NCBI RefSeq assembly: GCF_006345805.1
Contig: NW_021833666.1
Coordinates: 1 to 57,583 of the forward strand
Length of the DNA stretch: 57,583 nt
Source: Octopus sinensis
Taxonomy: Eukaryota
Reading direction: 5' to 3'
Shown: piece by piece, positions 50,540-57,583 of the stretch
How the letters are laid out: each line of letters starts with the position of its first letter
How positions within the stretch are numbered: the stretch's first letter is position 1
Position numbers and translations under genes: made by a program
Notes under the pieces: generated by a model
Seen by the model: only the letters and a program-made list of their open reading frames with translations
What the model was told of the DNA's origin: nothing
Database searches by the model: none

Positions 50540-51085
50540 CTTCCTTCCAATTGGTTTAAGAGGTCTTGAAGTTCCAATGGGATTGAGCCCAACGTTCCGA
50601 ACACCACTGGTATCACTTTTACATTACCCACTCGCATTCTATTCAGTCTTGCCATTTCCACTTTCAATTCGGAGTACTTGGTGATTTTTTCAACCTCTTT
50701 ACTCACAAAATTCATGTCATCTGGTATGACTACGTCAATGATCTGACAGTATTTGTCTCTCTTATTCATTATGACAATATTCACCCGACGGTGTTCGATT
50801 ACATGATCCGTCTGAAAACCGTAGTCCCAGGGTATCGTTACATTTCCATCCTCCTGCATAACTTTATTTGGTTCACACTCATACCAGTTCTCTGTTACTT
50901 CATATTGGTATTTACGGCAAAAGAGCCAATGAATATACACACACACTTTATTGTAGCGGCGCTTGTATTCTTTTTGTGCAAGACCCTCATATCCACTTGT
51001 CAAGTCGGTCACATTTTCCACACTCATTCCACGGTCTGCATTTCTGGGTGCCAGAAGTTTCAAAAATTCTGACACCCAGAAATGC
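50540..51085 (-). pseudogene. R4/Dong-like non-LTR retrotransposon fragment: zinc-knuckle remnant plus RLE domain
   Basis: LAQKEYKRRYNKV..IHW.FCRKY..WY..EP..V..WDYGFQTD..IEHRR.NIV..NK....C.IIDV.IPDD....KEVEKITKYSELK.E..RL...VIPVVFGTLG is the R4-clade RLE signature; catalytic and Cys/His positions are decayed. Confidence 0.85.
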
Positions 51086-51136
51086 AAATTATTATCATTA
51101 TTCATATTATTATTATTATTGTTGTTGTTTTTGATG

Positions 51137-51495
51137 AGAGAACGGTCTTCGTCCCAGAGCTCGCAAGATGGAAGAAGTCCGAAACGTGGTCCTTTGCTAT
51201 TCGTAAGACCCATAGAAAATAAAGCAGGTCATCCCCCGACACCGAGAGCATCGACGGATGGATGAATGCGCATCAAGGCTCAGCGGTTGCGTAGGAAGTC
51301 GGGGACAAGAAACAGGAAGAAAGAGTGAGAGTAAGTTGGAGCGAAAGAGTACAACAGGGGTCGCCACCACCCCCTGCCGGAACCTCGTGGAGCTTTAGGT
51401 GTTTTCGCTCAATAAACACACACAATGCCCGGTCTGGAAATCGAAATCGCGATCCTCCGACCGCGAGTCCGCTGCCCTAGCCATTGCGCCTCCAC
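51137..51495 (-). mobile_element. SINE family A head plus tail type 3, ending in (AAC/AAT)n
   Basis: A head at 51305-51495; distinct tail ...CTGGGACGAAGACCGTTCTCTC; repeat at 51088-51132. Confidence 0.8.
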
Positions 51496-52179
51496 TGCTT
51501 TTGTTGCTGTTGTTATTCACTTTATTCATCGTGTACAAGTGTGTGTGTGTGTTCATCATTATTTTATTCAATTTTTGAAAAACTGAAACATGTCTTTGAC
51601 AATCTTGGAGTGTATAATTCCTGCAATTAGTTGGAAAAAAAAGTTCCGTCTAGGCGTGTTTCAAATATGAAAAAAAAAATACATATCAAACAGGCGATAC
51701 CTTGGGGGAATCAAAACCGGTATATCGTCCCAAGAGGGAGATTTTGTATGTCAATTGCATGGATAGCCTCAGTAATATGCGCCTGTGATGTTGGTCATAC
51801 TTTTCACACGTTTGATATTGATACCTCTGATGTTCCCTTTCTAAACATGTAAATCTAAATCAGAAGGAACCACGTGTGGGCGATGAGGATTCCAGAGTGT
51901 TGACTTTAGTTCAGGGCCCGAGGGTGACACAGGGGTTTGTGTGTGTGTGCGGGGGAAGTAGGAGATAAGCGAGCGAGTGAATGTCCGTGTTAGATGTTCG
52001 TTAGCGGAGGTAGCATGCAACTAGCTGCATTCTCAGTTCAGAGGATATCCGTGGGTGCGATGTCGTGGGTAACGGAGATCTCCGCGTCGGTAGACCGATG
52101 GTAAAGGGCCACAGAAAATATGTTCTGGTACTTAGTTAGGACCCTTTGTTCAGTATATTCGAGTTCCCGTTTGTATGCG

Positions 52180-52211
<32 letters not shown>

Positions 52212-52656
52212 CATACACACACCGCACGATATATATATATATATATCTATATATAATATATATATATATATATATGCATGTTATTTATATGCATATGGTT
52301 TCATTTATGGAATATCAAGACTTAGATTTTTCTTCACTCGCTACCATCACTTGTCCCCTCTTTCTCTCTTTCTCTTCTCTCTCTCCCTCTCTCTATATAT
52401 ATATATATATATACACATCACATACATACATACATACATACATACATGCATACATACATACATATGTATATACAGAGAGAGAGAGAGAGTATAAAAGGGA
52501 TAAGTTATCCTGGCGGATACCTATTACCTTTCAAAGATTTATATGCTGTATATATTGTATGTGTGTGTGTGTATAGAATAAGTAGGGTATATGCTGCAGA
52601 AAACTTTTAAATAAACAAGATTTGGGATATGAATAAATTTCCACTCTTCTCTTCTC

Positions 52657-52692
<36 letters not shown>

Positions 52693-52693
52693 G

Positions 52694-52735
<42 letters not shown>

Positions 52736-52754
52736 AGAGAGAAAGTGAATATAA

Positions 52755-53345
52755 TTGACGTCTAAATTACGCAAAAATGAAAATAACACTGACGTCTCAT
52801 TTTAACAGAAAAATTTACCAAAATTACATTAAAATATCTTATGATACTAAACAGTAGATGCATTCAATAAAATCACCATTGGCTTCAACCACACCCTCCA
52901 GACGACTTCGGAATCTCTTGACAATTCTTCTGGATGGTCTTACTGTTTAACTTGGTGAATGCTGCCATAATCTTTGCCTTCAGTTCAGCTTTGGTGTTGC
53001 AAGAAGTTTTTTTGGTGTCTCGCTCAACTGCGCCCTACACATAATAATCAAGGGTTTTGCAGTCTGGAATGTTCGGTGGCCTAATTTTAGGGGTGATGTG
53101 GTCGCAGAAATTGTCTGACAACTATGATTGGGTTCACCTGCTTGTGTAGCATGGTTCATAGTCCTGTTGCAAGACATAGGGTCTTCCAACAGCCACCCTC
53201 TTGACCCAGGGTAGTACTACATTCTCCAGGCGCTTGATGTAGGCCTCCGTGTTGAGTCTGTGGCCGTGTGGGAAGATGGAGGCATCACTTTGCCATCACT
53301 ATTGATCACTCCAGACACCATGACGTCTGGATGTTTGATTTCTAT
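52755..53345 (-). pseudogene. Tc1/mariner-superfamily DD37D (maT/mori-like) transposase C-terminal remnant
   Basis: FPHGHRLNTEAYIKRLENVVLPWVKRVAVGRPYVLQQD-(37 aa)-DYYV*GAVE..CNTKAELK..; three in-frame stops. Confidence 0.85.
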
Positions 53346-53349
53346 CACA

Positions 53350-53592
53350 GTGACATAAGTACACTTCACAGAAATTAATGTACAAAACACACCACCACAC
53401 ACTGACTTAAGCACACATTCAGAGAAATTAATATACAAACACACACACACACAGAGACTGACATAAGTACACTTCATAGAAATTAATGTATAAACACGCA
53501 CACACATACATACACACACTCTGACACAAGTACACTTCATAGAAATTAATGTACAAACACACACTGACATAAGTATACATTCACAGAAATTA

Positions 53593-53629
<37 letters not shown>

Positions 53630-54060
53630 CAAACTGACATAAGTACACTTCACAGAAATTAATGTACAAAGACACACACACTTACACACACACACACACT
53701 GACTTAAGTATACATTCATAGAAATTAATATACACACACACACACGTACACACACACACACACACACTGACATAAGTATGCATTCACAGAAATTAATATA
53801 CACACACACATACACACACGGACACACTGACATAAGTACACTTCACAGAAATTAATGTACAAAGACACTCGCACACACACACACACACTGACTTAAGTAT
53901 ACATTCACAGAAATTAATGTACAAACACACACACACATACACACACACGGACACACTGACATAAGTATACATTCACAGAAATTAATGTACAAACACATAC
54001 ACACACACACACTAACATAATTACACATTCACAGGAATTAATGTACAAAGACACACACAC

Positions 54061-54095
<35 letters not shown>

Positions 54096-54410
54096 CATAA
54101 TTACACACTCACAGAAATTAATGTACAGACACACACACATACACACACACACAAACACACACACACACACTGAGATAAGTAGACATTCACAGGAATTAAT
54201 GTACAAACACACTCACACATACACACACACAACACACACACTGACATAATTACACATTCACAGAAATTAATGTACAACCACACACACACATACACACTGA
54301 CATAAGTACACATTCACAGAAATTAACATACAAAAACACACACGCACACACACACACACACACACATACGGACACACTGACATAAGTCCACATTCACACA
54401 AATTTCTGAT
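53350..54410. repeat. Compound minisatellite: ~17 copies of a ~35-bp core separated by variable (CA)n
   Basis: Core CTGACATAAGTACAC(A/T)TTCACAGAAATTAATGTACA. Confidence 0.95.
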
Positions 54411-54738
54411 CTTATCTCCTTCGTAATCTTTTTCTCGTGGTATTATTTATTGTAAATGGTGCTAAGTACAATAGTGACTATGTGTGTTATTGGAGCTGTA
54501 AATTTTAATTTTAACGGGGGGGAGGGGGTGAAATAGCTTTATCACTGTCACATCTATTAATCAATGAGCATGTATGTATATGTCGTGAGTATATGCCCGT
54601 GTGTTTATGTATATTATGTGTGTATGTATGTATGTTTTTCTGCTTTCAACTCTTGTTTTAATCAGATAAGAAGAAGACATTCTAGCAAGAAGCATTCCGA
54701 AGAAGAAACAAAGATCCAGCGTTAGATTCTAGAATGGT

Positions 54739-54998
54739 TTTCCGTCGGTTACGACGACAAGGATTCCACTTGATCCAATCTGCGTGAAATTAGCATGTAA
54801 ATAGCTGAGTATTCCGCAGAAACGCTTACTCTTAACATAGTTCGCAGAGGGAGGTATAACTCATTTTGCTTGATGAGTAGACAGCTGCAACGTGAAATAA
54901 AGTGTCTTGCTCAAGGACACAACGCTCCAACGGAAATCGAACTCACAACCTTACGATCGTGAACATAACACCCTAACCAATAAGCCACGCACCTTCAC
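54739..54998 (-). mobile_element. Degenerate SINE family B plus tail type 2
   Basis: Similar to 4574-4902 with deletions. Confidence 0.75.
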
Positions 54999-55088
54999 TG
55001 ACGTGAGAATAAATTAACAGTAAATGCTTACATGGTGTGAGATGCTCACAACGCCTAGGTTTTCTAAACGGTCACCCGTCTAAATACC

Positions 55089-55318
55089 TATTTCTTTATT
55101 ATCCACAAGGGGCTAAACATAGAGGGGACAAACAAGGGCAGACATAGGTATTAAGTCGATTACATCGACCCCAGTGCGTAACTGGACTTAATTTAAGACT
55201 CCGAAGGATGAAAGGCAAGTCGACCTCGGCGGAATTTGAACTCACAACGTAACGCAGACGAAATACCGCTAAGCATTTCGCCCGGCGTGCTAACGATTCT
55301 GCCAGCTCGCCGCCTAAT
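55089..55318 (-). mobile_element. SINE family D, TSD CCGTCTAAATACC
   Basis: TSD at 55076-55088 and 55319-55331. Confidence 0.92.
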
Positions 55319-55683
55319 CCGTCTAAATACCAACTAGGCTCGACTTTGCTTTACTTCGGTGATCGAACGAGAACCGGTGCATTCAACCTGATATGACCGT
55401 AAGCGGAAAGCGCGCTGAATAAACCAGAAGTATCGTCGTCTCTTAGAGAACACTTACATGGTGGATTTCAGAAAAGTCTTACATATTTTAATTCTTCTAT
55501 AAACAGGCTGGATTTGCCGAAATCAGAATACAAAAGAACTTTCGTTTCCTGGAAAGTTCAGGTTTTCAAGATTCTCATTATTTTGGCAAGGAAGCCTTGT
55601 CGCATTTTTGTCATAATCACTTTGAAGATATTCTTTCAATATATACGTTAGAATAACCGTAATTATTTTTCTTTCTAATGTAG

Positions 55684-55740
55684 TGTCACGTGACAACTTG
55701 CTGGGGCTGCCTGTTGGAGTCTAGCGGCAGGTATTTAAAG
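55684..55740 (+). promoter_or_regulatory. Palindromic E-box (TGTCACGTGACA) with a TATA-like TATTTAAA
   Basis: GTCACGTGAC at 55685-94 and TATTTAAA at 55732-39; motif match only. Confidence 0.25.
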
Positions 55741-56069
55741 GGAAAAATTTGACAAGTCAGTCGGTTACCGGCTGACACTCGCTAACGATACATCGAAGAG
55801 GCCAGGGAACAGAAGAAAGAAGAAAGAAGACAAGCACCCAACATCAGAGCTGAAGACACCTCCGAAAGTGGGGGGGACACGTCAAAATGGTAGAGAAGTA
55901 AGGGCCGAAACCGGACGTAGTTCTTCCTGATGAAGTCTTGAGTTAACTGGATCCTATAAAGGAGCTGTTGTGGTAGCAGACCACGAATCACGGTTGTAAT
56001 TCCCCTTTCTTTGAAGACTGCTTTATATCAATAAAGCAGTTAATTTCGATTCGATTTTACCCCTTTAAA

Positions 56070-56420
56070 ATGAATCTAGATCAAACCTATATCAGATATA
56101 ACATGCTGTCTGAATTCAAGGGAGGCATTTTAGCAATGGATACGGCAAAAAATATGTGTCTTATCCATGGAAGTAATGCTATAGCATCTGGATATGCCAA
56201 CCATGGTCTGGCCAGTTTCGTTCGGGAATTTTTTCTCCTGCAGATTCTTTATATCAACCGTCAAGTTCTGTCAATTTTAAACTTCTGAAAGTCGTAGGCT
56301 AACTGCTCGAGAATTAGCAAAATAGTTCAATTCAAGTCATACTTCGATCATAAAACACCGTCACGAACAAGGAAAAGCGACCGAACTTGGGTAGTGGGTC
56401 CCTCATCATCTGATTGCTAC
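56070..56420 (+). pseudogene. Mariner transposase N-terminal remnant
   Basis: MNLDQTYIRYNMLSEFK..A..TAKNMC.IHG, then F.SG, RLTARELAK*FNSSHTSI and GK...LG*WVPHHL (the WVPHEL motif, at 56395-56412). Confidence 0.85.
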
Positions 56421-56881
56421 CCTCTGCTCGTCATTGAAGAATAAAGTTGCTTCCAAAATTTTCTTGACTAGAAGCAAACTTAGGAACTAAAACCTGCTTC
56501 TTCAAATATTATAAGCGCAAATCTGAGACGAAACTTTATAGAATCCACCCTAAAATATAAGCAAAAATTATTCTCTTCTTCATAAATTCTTGCGAACATG
56601 TTTACATACGTTAGGTAACTGGCAATAGTATATATATGGGTAGAGAGGGGTCGATTTTGGTCTATAACACCTGTCAGATGTGTGAATAGATTAAAAGATG
56701 GTTTCACTTCAGCAATTATTTTGTAGCTACTTCATGTTCCTGAACTGCAAATGCACAACCTCTGAAATCTGATGTGATCCCACGAGAACAAGGGAGGTTA
56801 CTCTTCATATCTAAACTGGCATCGCTGTCGAGTTTCGGGAAACATATTCATATAGGGCAAATACTTGTCTGCTGAATTCCG

Positions 56882-56990
56882 TCATCGAATGTACGAATCG
56901 ATGTACTCTATTATGCGGCGAAGCGGTTTTGTAGGTGTCTCGGCCCGTTCCACCGTAACGCTATAGTTGCCAGGGTCCACCCATTGATAT
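56882..56990 (-). CDS. Candidate terminal coding exon of an unidentified host gene
   Basis: TTTTGTGACAG|A acceptor, then YQWVDPGNYSVTVERAETPTKPLRRIIEYIDSYIR*; GC/CpG-rich unique sequence. No homologue recognised. Confidence 0.3.
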
Positions 56991-57060
56991 CTGTCACAAA
57001 ACACTTTCACAACAGTACGAGCTCAGTTGAGTAAGATGTACCTCTTGATCAGATGTTTCT

Positions 57061-57301
57061 TATTTTCTTTACTGCCCACAATGGGCTACACACAGAGAGG
57101 ACAAACAAGGACAGACAAAGGAATTAAGTCGATTACATCGAACCCCAGTGCGTAACTGGTACTTATTTAATCGACCCCGAAAGGATGAAAGGCAAAGTTG
57201 ACCTCGGCGGACTTTGAACTCAGAACGTAGCGGCAGACGAAATACTGGTAAGCATTTCGCCCGGCGTGCTAACTTTTCTGCCAGCTCGCCACCCTCTGGG
57301 C
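57061..57301 (-). mobile_element. SINE family D, TSD CAGATGTTTCT
   Basis: TSD at 57050-57060 and 57302-57312. Confidence 0.9.
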
Positions 57302-57583
57302 CAGATGTTTCTATCATCCTCAATGCTTATAGTTGCTGCACCACTAGTTCTGTCTCTTGAGCCAGATGTAATATATATATATATATATTATATATATCAA
57401 TATAGAACTGTAGAAATATTCTGTTGTCTGTGACAGTCACGCCAATAAGAAAAGAAAAACAAAATAATGTCGCACTACAGAATAAAAACAAGATGGTGTG
57501 GTCGCTGTTTTGACTGAAACGTCTTGAATATTAATCTGTCTTAAAGAAAGCTGATGGAATTAAATAACAACAGCAGCAGCGTA

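Noticed and set aside
50524-51213. 229-aa ORF as a host gene
   Set aside because: Chimera of SINE tail, (AAT)n and a decayed LINE RLE domain
52020-52100. CpG-rich possible exon
   Set aside because: No frame gives a recognisable peptide and splice signals are ambiguous on both strands
53350-54410. CRISPR array
   Set aside because: Spacers are (CA)n rather than unique sequence, there are no cas genes, and the context is eukaryotic

Overview
Eukaryotic, AT-rich, repeat-saturated DNA. It is most likely intergenic or intronic sequence from a coleoid cephalopod (Octopus-like); this is inferred from the SINE and microsatellite complement, not from a database hit. I recognise no host protein-coding gene. 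Almost every ORF in the supplied track is microsatellite translation. The window holds: (i) about 30 copies of four tRNA-headed SINE families, with modular head/tail swapping, nesting, target-site duplications (TSDs) and multimers; (ii) decayed fragments of two restriction-like-endonuclease (RLE; R4/Dong-like) LINEs, an RTE-like LINE, two mariner transposases, a DD37D transposase and hAT/Tc1 MITEs; (iii) many long fold-back inverted repeats and two unusual tandem arrays; (iv) two weak candidate host exons on the minus strand. The main finding is a set of short non-coding elements sitting in (TA)n/(TACA)n microsatellites that carry type I hammerhead-ribozyme motifs. There are about 10 motif copies in at least four sequence families, with stems that covary around the core. 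They include non-canonical cores (CCGANGA; CUGUNGA plus an extra A), a head-to-tail trimer (46535-47340) and one motif whose three hammerhead strands lie in scrambled order (9054-9135). They look like Penelope-like/retrozyme-type non-autonomous retroelements. Catalytic activity is untested inference.
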